Source: an uncultured Acidobacteriaceae bacterium (GTDB lineage Bacteria > Acidobacteriota > Terriglobia > Terriglobales > Acidobacteriaceae). Taken from it: a stretch of DNA of 64,000 nucleotides. Positions within the stretch are counted from its first letter, which is position 1, and each line of letters starts with the position of its first letter. The notes beneath the pieces were generated by a model. That model saw only the letters and a list, made by a program, of their open reading frames with translations, had not been told where the DNA came from and searched no databases. Position numbers and translations under genes: made by a program. The stretch is taken from NCBI GenBank assembly GCA_963737325.1, contig CAVTSJ010000014.1, positions 106,347-170,346 of the forward strand, read 5' to 3'. This document shows, piece by piece, positions 20,037 to 31,262 of this stretch.

Positions 20037-21062
20037 ATGAGTGTTTTCAGCGCAACCCGGGCCCCCGACACCGTCGTGATTGGCGCTGGATTGATCGGCC
20101 TTGCCATTGCCCTCGAACTGAGCGATCGCGGCGCGAACGTCACCGTCGTCGATCGCGGACAAAGCCTCGCAGGCGCCTCCACGGCCGCGGCCGGAATGCT
20201 GGCCGCCAGCGATCCCGGCAATCCACCGGAACTTCGAGAGCTCTCGCAACTCAGCGCCGACCGCTATCCAGCCTTCCTCAGCCGCCTGGAATCACTCTCC
20301 GGCATCGCTGTTCCCTTCCAGACAAACACCGCAGTCCAACACCTGGACGATGGCTCGACACTGCGCCTCGCAGAACACTCGCTCGATCCCCGACAGCTCG
20401 CCGCAGCTGTGCGCGCTGCCCTGAACGCCACGTCCCTTCGAGTGCTCGAACAAACGCAGATCGTCGCCATCGATCGCAACTCCACCGCCAAGTTGAGCGA
20501 CGGCTCGTCCATCGCCACCGCGGCGATCGTCTACGCAGCCGGTGCTTGGACGACCGAGCTAATGACAGCACTCGGCGCCGACCCCATCTCCGTCACGCCG
20601 TGCAAGGGACAGATGCTGCGCGTGCGCCTGCCCCTTCCCCTCGACGAGGTCCATCGCAGCGAGCGCATCTATATCTGCCCGCGCACCCGCGGCCCACAGG
20701 CAGGCACGGCGCTCATCGGCGCCACCGTGGAGAACGCCGGCTTCGACACCGCCGTTCGCCCTGACGCGCTCGCGGCACTGCGAGCGCTCGCCGCAACGCT
20801 CATTCCCAAACTGGCTTCGGAAGCCGAAGCCCCCGCCGTCGAGTCCTGGGCCGGCCTCCGTCCCGCCACTCCCGACAAGCTGCCCATTCTGGGCGCATCG
20901 TCCCGTCCCGGGCACTTCATCGCCACGGGTCACTATCGTAATGGCATTTTGCAGGCGCCAGGCACAGCCCTCGTCATCGCCGACCTGATCGAAGGAAAAC
21001 CCCCATCCATCAATGTTTCGGCACTATCACCGCAGCGCTTCGCCTGCTCCGTAACCGCATAG
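20037..21062 (+). CDS. FAD-dependent oxidoreductase, glycine oxidase (ThiO/DAO) family
   Basis: IGAGLIG, ASTAAAGML, PCKGQML, WAGLRPAT, GHYRNGIL. Confidence 0.88.
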   Translation: MSVFSATRAPDTVVIGAGLIGLAIALELSDRGANVTVVDRGQSLAGASTAAAGMLAASDPGNPPELRELSQLSADRYPAFLSRLESLSGIAVPFQTNTAVQHLDDGSTLRLAEHSLDPRQLAAAVRAALNATSLRVLEQTQIVAIDRNSTAKLSDGSSIATAAIVYAAGAWTTELMTALGADPISVTPCKGQMLRVRLPLPLDEVHRSERIYICPRTRGPQAGTALIGATVENAGFDTAVRPDALAALRALAATLIPKLASEAEAPAVESWAGLRPATPDKLPILGASSRPGHFIATGHYRNGILQAPGTALVIADLIEGKPPSINVSALSPQRFACSVTA

Positions 21063-21179
21063 CGCGCGAATCGGACGCCAAAATCGATATTCGGCCAAAC
21101 TCCCGTGACAACCCATTCCGCGCTGCCCGATAATCGCAAGGGTACGCATTCTGCGTGAGTTTTCAGGAGATCTGCACCT

Positions 21180-22346
21180 ATGTCCACCGTTGCACCCAAG
21201 GGCTTGCAAGACGTCATCGCCAATGATTCCTCGATCTGTTTCATCGATGGCGGCAAGGGAATTCTGTCGTATCGTGGCATCGACATCCACGAACTCGCGC
21301 AAAAGTCGTCCTTCGAAGAGACCACCTTCCTGCTCTGGAATGGAAGCCTGCCCACCACTGCGGAGCTCAACGATTTCTCGCACCAGCTCGCCGCCGCGCG
21401 CCAGCTTCCCGACGATGTCATCGACTTCCTCAACCGCCTGCCCAAGACCGCGTCGCCCATGGAAGTTCTGCGCACCGCCGTCTCCCTGCTCTCCATCTAC
21501 GACCCCGACGAGAAGTCCGTGCTGCACACCGCCAACATCCGCAAGAGCTTCCGCCTGACCTCGCAGATCGCCATGATCATCGCCTTCTTCGACCGCATCC
21601 GCAAGGGCAAGGAGATCGTCAAGCCAGACACCTCGCTCTCCCACGCCGCCAACTTCCTCTGGATGCTCAACGGCGAAAAGCCCTCCGAGACCGCCACCAA
21701 GGCGCTCGACGTTGCGCTCGTCCTCCACGCCGACCACGAACTCAACGCGAGCACCTTCGCCGCACGCGTCATCGCGGCCACGCTCTCTGATCTCCACTCA
21801 GCCATCACCGGTGCCATCGGCGCGCTCAAGGGCCCGCTCCACGGTGGCGCCAACGAAGCCGTCATGCACCTGCTCTACGCCATCGACCAGGCCGGCGAAG
21901 ATCCCGTCGAGCATGTGCGCAAAATGATCACGAATAAGGAAAAAATCTCCGGCTTTGGCCACCGCGTCTACACCACCGAAGACCCCCGCGCCACGCACCT
22001 CCGCCGCATGTCCGAGGATCTCGGCAAGGACGCCAATCCCAAGTGGTACGAGATGTCGCGCAAGATCGAGCTCTTCGTCAAAGACGAAAAGAAGCTCAAC
22101 GCCAACGTCGATTTCTACTCCGCCAGCACCTACACCACGCTCGGCATCGACATCGATCTCTTCACGCCGATCTTCGCGCTCAGCCGCATCTCCGGCTGGT
22201 GCGCCCACGTGATCGAGCAGCACGACGACAACCGCCTCATCCGCCCGCGCGCCAACTACACCGGCCCCGCCTACCCCGCGCCCTACACGCCCATCGAGCA
22301 ACGCACCTCAGAGGCTCACAAGCTAGCCGAAAAGCCCAGCGCCTAA
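21180..22346 (+). CDS. Citrate synthase / 2-methylcitrate synthase family
   Basis: LHADHELNAST, GPLHGGANE, GFGHRVY, NVDFYS, RISGWCAH. Confidence 0.95.
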   Translation: MSTVAPKGLQDVIANDSSICFIDGGKGILSYRGIDIHELAQKSSFEETTFLLWNGSLPTTAELNDFSHQLAAARQLPDDVIDFLNRLPKTASPMEVLRTAVSLLSIYDPDEKSVLHTANIRKSFRLTSQIAMIIAFFDRIRKGKEIVKPDTSLSHAANFLWMLNGEKPSETATKALDVALVLHADHELNASTFAARVIAATLSDLHSAITGAIGALKGPLHGGANEAVMHLLYAIDQAGEDPVEHVRKMITNKEKISGFGHRVYTTEDPRATHLRRMSEDLGKDANPKWYEMSRKIELFVKDEKKLNANVDFYSASTYTTLGIDIDLFTPIFALSRISGWCAHVIEQHDDNRLIRPRANYTGPAYPAPYTPIEQRTSEAHKLAEKPSA

Positions 22347-22397
22347 GCCCGACGGCTCATCCCCAGCCACGCGAAGCAAATCGCCGTCCGCGCAGGA

Positions 22398-24839
22398 CTA
22401 CATCTGCGTGCGTCGCGCCGGCCACTTCCAGTCGTTGATCTCCGCCCGGTCGATGCCATTCTCGTTCGCATAGCAGATCGAGTCGATGATCTGGTCCTTC
22501 AGCCATTCCTTGGTGTGCGCCGCCGTCACCTGTAGCGCAGGCACGCGATCGATCACATCAATCGCCAGGTTGAAGCGATCGATCTGGTTCAAAATCGCGA
22601 GCTCCAGCGGCGTGTTAATGTTCCCTTTCTCTTTGTACCCGCGCACGTGGAAGTTATCGTGATTCGTTCTGCGGTACGTAAACTTGTGAATCAGCGAAGC
22701 ATACGCATGGAAGTTGAAGATGACCGGCTTGTCGATGGTGAACAGGCTATCGAACTCCCGCTCCGATAGTCCATGCGGATGTTCCGTCTCCGGCATCAAC
22801 CGGAAGAGGTCCACCACGTTCACAAACCGTATCTTCAGATCGGGGCACCGCTCGCGTAAAATCGCCACGGCTGCCAGCGCTTCCGCCGTTGGAATATCGC
22901 CCGCGCATGCCATCACGACGTCCGGTTCAACCCCCTGGTCATTGCTCGCGAAATCCCATATGCCAATGCCTTTGGTGCAATGGTCGACCGCCTTATCCAT
23001 CGGCAGATATTGCAGATGCAGCGCCTTGTCCGCAACAATCACGTTCACATAATTCGTACTGCACAGACAGTGATCGGCCACGCTCAGCAGGCAGTTCGCA
23101 TCTGGCGGCAGATAGATGCGCGTCACCTCCGGGCTCTTGTTGGTCACAAGGTCAAGAAACCCCGGATCCTGATGCGTAAATCCGTTGTGATCCTGCCGCC
23201 ACACCAGCGACGTAATCAGCAGATTGAGCGAAGAGATCGGCGACCGCCAACGCAGCTCCAGCTTGCTCTTCTCCAGCCACTTCGCATGCTGGTTAAACAT
23301 CGAGTCGATCACATGCACGAACGACTCGTACGTCGCGAACAGTCCATGCCGCCCCGTCAGCACATATCCCTCAAACCAACCTTCCAGCGTATGTTCGCTG
23401 AGCATCTCCATCACGCGCCCATCGGTGGACAAGAACCCGCCATCATCATCCGAAGGCAGCCGCTCTTCCAGCCACGTCTTCTGGCTCGCCTCGTAGATCG
23501 CGTCCAGCTTATTCGACGCCGTCTCATCCGGCCCAAACACGCGAAAGCTCGTCATGTTCCTGCGCATCACATCGGCAAGAAAATGTCCCAGCACATTCGT
23601 CGACGACACCTGGATCTTGCCCGGATCATCCACCTTCACCGCGTAATCGCGGAAGTTCGGCATCCGCAGCGGCTTGCGCAGCAGGCCCCCATTCGCGTGC
23701 GGATTCCCAGAGATGCGGCGCGTCCCCTTCGGCGGAAGCTCGCGCAACTCCTCGATCAGCCTGCCGCTCTCGTCGAACAACTCCTCAGGACGATAACTGC
23801 GCAGCCACTGCTTCCACCATCGCAAGATGCTCCGGATTCGTCTTCGGATCGAGAATCGGCATCTGGTGCGCGCGCCACGAGCCCTCCAGCTTGTGTCCGT
23901 CGACCTCCTTCGGGCAGGTCCAACCCTTCGGCGAACGCAGCACAATCATCGGCCACCGCTGCCGCTCCACCGGCGTCCCCTCCGGCGCCGACCTCGCCTT
24001 CTGCTGGATCGCGCGAATCTCGAGCACGCAGTGCTCCATCACCTCCGCCATCTTCGGATGCATCACCGCCGGATCGTCGCCCTCCACGTAGTACGGCTTC
24101 CACCCATAGCCAACCATCAGGCTGGTCAGCTCCTCCTGCGGAATGCGCGCAAGAATCGTCGGGTTCGCGATCTTGTACCCGTTCAGGTGAAGCACCGGAA
24201 GCACCGCGCCATCGGTGATCGGGTTGAGAAATTTATTCGAATGCCATGAGGTCGCGAGTGGTCCCGTCTCCGACTCGCCGTCGCCCACCACCACCGCCAC
24301 TATCAGGTCCGGGTTATCGAACGCCGCGCCAAATCCATGCGACAGACTGTATCCCAGCTCCCCGCCCTCGTGGATCGATCCCGGCGTCTCCGGCGTGCAG
24401 TGGCTGCCAATGCCACCCGGAAAGGAGAACTGCTTCATGAACGTATGCAGCCCGTTGAACATCCTGTGTGATCGCCGGGATAAACCTCCGAATACACGCC
24501 CTCGAGATAACTGTTCGACAAAGTCGCCGGCGCCCCATGCCCCGGCCCCGAAATATAAATCAGGTCGAGATCGTACTTCTTGATCAGCCGGTTCAAATGC
24601 ACCCACGTAAACGTCTGCCCCGGATCGCTTCCCCAATGTCCAAGCAGCCGATTCTTGATGTGCTCAGGCTTTAGCGGCTCGCGCAGCAAAGGATTCTTCA
24701 TCAGGTACAGCATGCCCGCGCACAGATAATTGCAGGCGCGCCAGTACGCATCCATCCTGCGCTGCTCGTCTGCACTCAAAGGTTCAACGTGAGAATCCAC
24801 TGGCTCCGCTACCGCTTCGGCAGAATTGTTTGTGCTCAT
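22398..24839 (-). pseudogene. xfp: Phosphoketolase, interrupted by three single-base insertions in this sequence (probably intact in vivo)
   Basis: [39 protein letters not shown] spread over three ORFs. Removing one base each near 24475, 24457 and 23811 gives one 812-codon frame. Confidence 0.92.
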
Positions 24840-24959
24840 AAGGTCCTCGTTCTCACCACGTCGATCGATTGGAAGTTATTGGACGTTGATCAATTGGAAG
24901 TCGATTGCATGCTGATGACTTCGCCGGATTCGCTAACGCCAGCGCAGACCGACACGCCG

Positions 24960-26195
24960 TTATCCCTGCACCTCTTGCCGTGCCATCTGTTCCACGTGCA
25001 CAGCGATCATCTGGTCCTCCCGCGCAGCAACGACGATGACCGCAGTGGCAGAGTCTTGTGAACTGATACGTTGGATGCCATCCGCGGCCGCGCGGTCGAG
25101 CTCATTATTAAGTGCCGGTTCGATGGTCACACCAAGCGCCGCCAGGCCTCCCGCAATTTGTGCCCGCGACTTCGGATCGTGCTCCCCGATACCGCCCGCA
25201 AACACAATCGCGTCCAGCCCTCCGAGCAGCCAGCTAAAACCTCCCATCGCCTTGGTCACACTGCGCGTAAAGATCCTCAGCGCCAGCGTCGCGCGGTCAT
25301 ATCCATTCGACGACGCCTCGCGCATCGCCTTCACGTCGTTCTCCATCCCACTCACCGCCACCATGCCCGACGCATGATTCAGCATCGCTTCCACCTCCGC
25401 ACTTCGATCGCCCTTCTGCTCTCGCAGCAGATACAACACCAGCCCCGGATCAAGATCCCCGGGCCGCGTTCCCATCACCACCCCGCCCGTCGGCGTCAAC
25501 CCCATCGTCGTATCCACCGAGCACCCATCGAGCAGCGCCGTAACGCTGCAGCCGCTGCCCAGGTGCGCAATTACCATGCGCCGTGGCACATCGCCTGCGC
25601 GCTTCAACTGGCGCACAATCGACTCGCAGCTAAGCCCATGAAACCCATAACGCCGCACGCCGCGCTCCGCATATTCGCGCGGCAATGCGTACGTGCTCGC
25701 CTCCACCGGCATCGTCTGGTGAAACACGGTATCGAAGCATGCATAATGCGGCAGAGCTGGAAACTTCTTCATGAACGCGCGAATCATCTGCACCGCCTCA
25801 GGATCATGCAGCGGCGCAAACTCGCTCGCCGCCTTCAGGTCCGCAATCACCTCCGACGTAATCCGAACATGCTCCCGCAGCTTCGGCCCTGGATGCACAA
25901 CCCGATAGCCAACCGCCTCAAACTCCGGCACGCCTCTGCCCGAAACCACCTCCAGCACCTCGGCAATCGCCTGCTCCACGCCATGAATGCCGACCTTGGA
26001 TTCCGCAGACTTCTCGGCGCCCTCACCGGTCGCGTGAATCGTGAGCGTGCTCTCAGCATCCCCAATATCGCTCAGCGCTCCTTCAAACAACGAAAGCGGC
26101 GCGACCGTCGGCGCATCCCCACCAGCCGGCGGCTGCACCGCAAAGATCGAAAACTTGATCGACGACGAACCGCTATTGATCACCAGTATCTGCAT
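24960..26195 (-). CDS. ackA: Acetate kinase
   Basis: VINSGSSSIKF, GYRVVH, APLHDP, FDTVFH, RRYGFHGLS, HLGSGCS, MGTRPGDLDPG. Confidence 0.95.
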   Translation of the reverse strand: MQILVINSGSSSIKFSIFAVQPPAGGDAPTVAPLSLFEGALSDIGDAESTLTIHATGEGAEKSAESKVGIHGVEQAIAEVLEVVSGRGVPEFEAVGYRVVHPGPKLREHVRITSEVIADLKAASEFAPLHDPEAVQMIRAFMKKFPALPHYACFDTVFHQTMPVEASTYALPREYAERGVRRYGFHGLSCESIVRQLKRAGDVPRRMVIAHLGSGCSVTALLDGCSVDTTMGLTPTGGVVMGTRPGDLDPGLVLYLLREQKGDRSAEVEAMLNHASGMVAVSGMENDVKAMREASSNGYDRATLALRIFTRSVTKAMGGFSWLLGGLDAIVFAGGIGEHDPKSRAQIAGGLAALGVTIEPALNNELDRAAADGIQRISSQDSATAVIVVAAREDQMIAVHVEQMARQEVQG

Positions 26196-26315
26196 CGTGC
26201 CTACCTGCCCGCCCGTTGCCAAGAGTCTACGCGCCCCCTGCGTCAGCCACGTTAAACGAGGAATCACGGTTCAGCACCCGAAAACTCCATGTCTCCCGCG
26301 CCCAGCCTATGCCTT

Positions 26316-26348
26316 CTGGACCCTGGACCCTGGGCCCTGAGACCCTGG
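26316..26348. repeat. Tandem CTGGACC heptamer array between adh and ackA
   Basis: CTGGACC CTGGACC CTGGGCC CTGAGACC CTGG. Confidence 0.7.
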
Positions 26349-26351
26349 CTC

Positions 26352-27344
26352 TCACATCACGATGACGGACGACCCACTCTCCGTCTCATCCTTCACCGCA
26401 ACCAGCGCCTTGTTCGCGTCGTCGAGCGAAAACGTAACCACCCGCGGCTTGATCGCAAGCTCACGCGCAATCTTCAGAAAATCGCGCGCATCGTCCCGCG
26501 TCATGTTGGCGACGCTGCGAATCTGCCGCTCTCCCCACAGCAGCTTGTCGTAATCGAACGCCGGCATAGTATCCAGATGAATCGCATTGATTGCCACCAC
26601 CCCGCCCTTCCGCAGACTCGAAAGCGCATCCACCACCACCTTGCCCGCGGGAGCAAACGTAATCGCGCGATCCAGCTCCACCGGCGGCTTCTTGTCCTCG
26701 GCCCCCACCCACGTCGCCCCCAGCGACTCCGCCGTCTTGCGATGGTCCTCTCCCCGCGTCACCACGTACACCGTGCAATTCCACGACTGCAGCACGCGAA
26801 TCGCCAGCGCCGCCGAGCTGCCAAAGCCAAAGAGCCCGACTCGCTCGCCCGGCTGAACGCCCGCAACGCGCAGACTGCGAAACCCGATGATCCCCGCGCA
26901 CAGCAGCGGCGCCACCTGCACAGGATCGAGCCCCGAAGGCAGCGGATACGCAAAGTCCGCGCGCACCAACGCATACTCCGCATACCCTCCATCAATCGTG
27001 TAACCAGTAAACGTCGGATGGTCGCAGAGATTCTCCATCGCATGTTTGCAGAACCAGCAGTCGCCATCCACGCCGCCCATCCACGACACGCCAACGCGCG
27101 TCCCCACGGGCATCCCGTCGATCCCGCCGTCGATCACCACGCCCACAATCTGGTGCCCCGGAATCAGCCGCGGCTTCAACTGCGGCAGATCGCCCTCAAC
27201 GATGTGCAGATCGGTACGACAAACCCCGCACGCCAGCACGCGCAGCAACAGGTGTCCCGGCCGCATCGCCGGACGCGCCACATCCTCGATGCGTACAAAC
27301 TCTCCCGGCGAACGAACGGCTCCAGCAAACACGGCAGCTTTCAT
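26352..27344 (-). CDS. Zinc-dependent alcohol dehydrogenase family protein
   Basis: CGVCRTDLH, PGHQ, CWFC----ENLC, APLLCAG, GFG. Confidence 0.92.
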   Translation of the reverse strand: MKAAVFAGAVRSPGEFVRIEDVARPAMRPGHLLLRVLACGVCRTDLHIVEGDLPQLKPRLIPGHQIVGVVIDGGIDGMPVGTRVGVSWMGGVDGDCWFCKHAMENLCDHPTFTGYTIDGGYAEYALVRADFAYPLPSGLDPVQVAPLLCAGIIGFRSLRVAGVQPGERVGLFGFGSSAALAIRVLQSWNCTVYVVTRGEDHRKTAESLGATWVGAEDKKPPVELDRAITFAPAGKVVVDALSSLRKGGVVAINAIHLDTMPAFDYDKLLWGERQIRSVANMTRDDARDFLKIARELAIKPRVVTFSLDDANKALVAVKDETESGSSVIVM

Positions 27345-27459
27345 GAACGAGGCTCCAGCACGATGAACTATCAGGCAGCGAAATCGCAGCCATACGGCCA
27401 CGCCCTCGCTTACCCCGTTGGATGCCAATTCGTGCTCGTGCAGCTTCTGAGCGTGATCG

Positions 27460-28833
27460 CTATCCGTTCGTCTCCGCCCAAAGATCGACGCCGCCCTCAC
27501 CCTTTCCAGACACGCCAATCCGTGGAACCAGTAACTGAAAGATCAGCAGTGAGACAACGTAAGCGCTGCTCGCCATCGCAAAGATGACCAGCGGATGCAG
27601 CGAGAGCAGGTGCGAGACCAGCACCGTAAACAGCGCGCCACCCAGCGACCCGACCGCGCCGCCAATCCCCACCACCGTCGACACCGACGTCGACGGAAAC
27701 ATGTCTGTAGGCGTCGCGAACAACGTCGCCGACCAGCCCTGGTGCGCCGCGGCCGCCAGCGCGAACAGCGCAACCGCGGGCCACGCATTGTGCGCAAACA
27801 CCTTGTGCATGTGCGGCACCAGCATCAGCGGCAGCACGCAAAGCGCCGTGACCAGCATCGCAAACTTGCGCCCGCTGTTTACTGTATGCCCGCGCTTCAT
27901 GCGCGATCCCGAAAGCCCTCCGCCCAGGAACGACCCCACCGACGACACCGCATACACCACCACGATCGGCCAGTACGCCTGCTCCAGACTCAGGCCGTAG
28001 TTGTCGTTCAAATACATCGGCAGATAGAAGAGATAGAACCACCACACCGGATCGGTAAGCCCCTTCGCAATCGAGAACGCATAGAGCCCGCGGTTGCGCA
28101 GTAGAAATCCATAAAGCTTCTTGCCCCTGACATTCGGCACCACGCGCCGAAGATCCGCCTGGGTCGTTGTCAGCCCGCGACGCAGCCGGTTATACGGAAA
28201 CAGCAACCACAGCACGAGCCAGCAAAGCCCCATGCCGCCGGTGCAAAGAAACGCGGCCCGCCATCCGCCGAAGTGCAGCGTTGCGAACGGCACGATCGCG
28301 GGCGCAATAAAGAACGCAGCATTCGCCCCGGAGTTGAACAAGCCGATGGCCAGCGCGCGATCCTCACTCGAAAACCATTCGCTGGTCGCCTTAATCGCAG
28401 CCGGAAAGTTGCCGGACTCGCCCAGCCCCAGGCACGCACGCGCAATACAAAATCCAAGCACCGAGTGCACCAGCGAGTGGCTGATCGACGACACGGCCCA
28501 CACCCCAATCGCAACCGTGTAGCCAATCTTCGTACCCAGCTTGTCGATGAACGGTGCCGCCACCAGGAATCCCACCGCGTACGCAATCTGGAAGCACTCC
28601 ACGATGTGCCCGTAATTCAGGTGATACTCCGCCTGGTGCGCCGCGCCCACGCCCGGAAGCCAGCCCATGAACGGAAGGTGCAACAACGGCTCGATCAGCG
28701 AGAGCACTGACCTGTCCATGTAGTTGATCGTCGTCGCCAGGAAGAGCAAGAAGCAGACGAACCAGCGAATATTCGACTGCGCGGGACGCGAGGTGAACTC
28801 CTGGCTATTAGATTCAGCAGCTACAAAAGACAT
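27460..28833 (-). CDS. MFS transporter, hexuronate (ExuT)-like
   Basis: ATTINYMDR, GESGNFPAAIK, FNSG-N, LTDPVWWFYLF-LP, AHQGWSA. Confidence 0.88.
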   Translation of the reverse strand: MSFVAAESNSQEFTSRPAQSNIRWFVCFLLFLATTINYMDRSVLSLIEPLLHLPFMGWLPGVGAAHQAEYHLNYGHIVECFQIAYAVGFLVAAPFIDKLGTKIGYTVAIGVWAVSSISHSLVHSVLGFCIARACLGLGESGNFPAAIKATSEWFSSEDRALAIGLFNSGANAAFFIAPAIVPFATLHFGGWRAAFLCTGGMGLCWLVLWLLFPYNRLRRGLTTTQADLRRVVPNVRGKKLYGFLLRNRGLYAFSIAKGLTDPVWWFYLFYLPMYLNDNYGLSLEQAYWPIVVVYAVSSVGSFLGGGLSGSRMKRGHTVNSGRKFAMLVTALCVLPLMLVPHMHKVFAHNAWPAVALFALAAAAHQGWSATLFATPTDMFPSTSVSTVVGIGGAVGSLGGALFTVLVSHLLSLHPLVIFAMASSAYVVSLLIFQLLVPRIGVSGKGEGGVDLWAETNG

Positions 28834-28906
28834 TTTGTTCGAACTCCGACGGAATGCAATGAAGTATATCGGAGCCGCACCACGACTGGCTCTAAGTATT
28901 CGGCAT

Positions 28907-30182
28907 TCATCTTGCACTCTTCTTTCGAATCTCAGCGCTCGACGATCTCCCGCGCACCGGCACATCGCGTCCGTGCCGCTTGCCGGAGTGCCGCTGCAGC
29001 ACCAGTGCGCACGCGCCCCGCAGCCGCGCCAGGCCTCCCTCCTCTGACGGGGTCACGCGCGGCGGCCGGCCCAGCCAGCAGCGTCCCTTTCATCTCCGCC
29101 TCGATCACGGGCCCAACCACTCCCCACACCTGCGTAATGTCGCCCGCAATAAAAATGACCTCAGGAGAAAGCGAAGCCGTCACCATGCGCAAGCCTCGCC
29201 CGATGTACTTCGCCTGCTCCGTAAGCGCGGCCACGGCGTCCTTATCGCCCTCTTCGGCCAGCGCATGCAGCTCGGCAATCCCGATCTCAGCGTGTCTCGG
29301 CTTGCGTTCCGCAAAATACCGCAGCGCAGCATTCGAGGAAGCGAACGTCTCCCAGCAGCCCCGAGCTCCGCAGGCACATTGCGGCCCTTGCGGATCCATC
29401 ACCACATGCCCAAACTCGCCGGCCATGCCGCTGTTGCCGTACACCGGTTGCCCGTTTGCGAGGATGCCCGTGCCCACCCCCTCCGCGATCGTCACCAGCA
29501 CCGCATCGCGCACCCCGTCCATCTTTCCAAACCATGTCTCCGAGAGCAGCCACGCATTCGCTGCGTTATCCATCTCCACCTTTAGCCCCATGGCCTTTTC
29601 CACGGTGCCGCGCAAATCAACGCTCGACCACTTCATGTTCGGCGCCATATTCGGAGCAAACACCAGCCGCTGCGTCTGCGCGTCCACCCTTCCCGGCAGG
29701 CTGATCCCAATCCCCTCAAACGACTTGCCGGGATGCTTCTCGCGCAGCTTGCGCATCGAGTCAATCATCTGCTCAATGGCCCGCTCAGGATTCGACGAGA
29801 TCGTCACCACATCGCGCGAAAGAAAATGTCCGTTCAGATCAACGACCGCCACAATCGCCTGCCGCGGATGCACATCCACCGCCAGGATCACGAGGTCTTC
29901 GTTAAGCCCCAGCATCGTCGGTCTGCGTCCCCGCGGGCGTCGCGCAATGGACCCTTCGCGTACCCACTCTTCGCGCAACAGGTCCTCCACAATCTCCGAC
30001 ACCGTGCTTCGCTGCAGCCCTGAAAGCCGCGCCAGATCTGCACGCGATACCGGCTGCTGCGCTCGGATCAGCTCCAGCACGACATCGCGGTTCATGTCGC
30101 GTGCTACCTCGCTCGACGCCACCTGCGCGTAGGCCAGATCGACACGCCGCATCCCGCTGAATTCCCTGCTCTGCTTGGCCAC
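28907..30182 (-). pseudogene. ROK-family (XylR/NagC-like) transcriptional regulator with one-base insertion near the 3' end
   Basis: HTH (VSRADLARLSGL), NAANAW, GEFGH, C-CG--GCWE. Removing one base near 29066 restores a protein-like tail (ARLRGACALVLQRH) ending at 28907. Confidence 0.85.
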
Positions 30183-30239
30183 GCCTACCTCTTGCTCAGG
30201 AGTTTGCCCTATTCTAGCGCCCGAAAATCGTCGCCGTCG

Positions 30240-31025
30240 CTATTGATTCACGCCGCTCGCCAGATATCCGCCATCCACCGTAAGAATCTCGCCGGTCACA
30301 AACGATGCCGCATCGGACGCAAGAAATACGGCCGCCCCCGCAACTTCTTCCAGCCGTCCGAACCGCGCCATCGGTGTACGAAGAATCTCCTCGCGCCCGC
30401 GAGCAGTCGTGAACAGCAACTCACGATTGAGGTCTGTCGGAAATATGCCCGGAGCAATTCCGTTCACGCGCACGTTCTTCGGCGCAAACTCGATCGCCAG
30501 CGAGCGCGTCAGCGCCGCCACGCCTGCCTTGCTCGCACCATAAGCAGCGACCTCGTGAAACGCAACAAAGCTGGACAGCGACGCGATATTGACGATGCTC
30601 CCGCGCTCCTGCTTCAGCATCGTTCGCCCAAAGATCTGGCACGCTCGCAGCGTGCCCAAAAGATTCGTGTCAAAGATGCGTTGCCAGGTTTCTTCCGTGC
30701 AATCGATCGTCGGCACCCGCGACGTAATCCCTGCAGCGTTCACCAGGATCTCCACGCTGCCAAACTCCTCCAGCACGCCCGCATGCAACGCCTCCAGGCT
30801 CTCCCGCTGCAATACATCCGAGCACAAACGCACCGTCCGCCGACCCTCCGCCTCAATCGCCGCCGCGACCTCCTCCACCTGCTCACTGCGTCGGCTGCTC
30901 GCCACCACGTTCGCTCCGGCGCGCGCCAGGCCCAGCGCAATCTCGCGCCCCAGCCCCGACGTCCCGCCCACCACCACCGCACACCGTCCGGCCAGGTCGA
31001 ACGGGCTGGTCACTCGATCATTCAT
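30240..31025 (-). CDS. SDR oxidoreductase, KduD/gluconate-5-dehydrogenase-like
   Basis: GGTSGLG, NAAG, YGASK, VNGIAPG-F-T-LN, VDGGYL. Confidence 0.85.
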   Translation of the reverse strand: MNDRVTSPFDLAGRCAVVVGGTSGLGREIALGLARAGANVVASSRRSEQVEEVAAAIEAEGRRTVRLCSDVLQRESLEALHAGVLEEFGSVEILVNAAGITSRVPTIDCTEETWQRIFDTNLLGTLRACQIFGRTMLKQERGSIVNIASLSSFVAFHEVAAYGASKAGVAALTRSLAIEFAPKNVRVNGIAPGIFPTDLNRELLFTTARGREEILRTPMARFGRLEEVAGAAVFLASDAASFVTGEILTVDGGYLASGVNQ

Positions 31026-31262
31026 AGGGCTCTCCAACGAATTCTTCTCTCTTACCGCGCGACTCCCGAATGCCTATCATAGCCGATCTTTTCACACCGG
31101 CGAATGGCTCGTTGATCAACGGCCTGCACCACTCGCGCCACATAGTTTGCCTGCCGCACGAATACTTCGTTCCCTCGCTCGAAGCATTCCATCAACCAAG
31201 CCACCGCTCATTCGGCTACTATCAATTCGTTGCACGCTCGACGACCCATCTGTGAGGGAAGT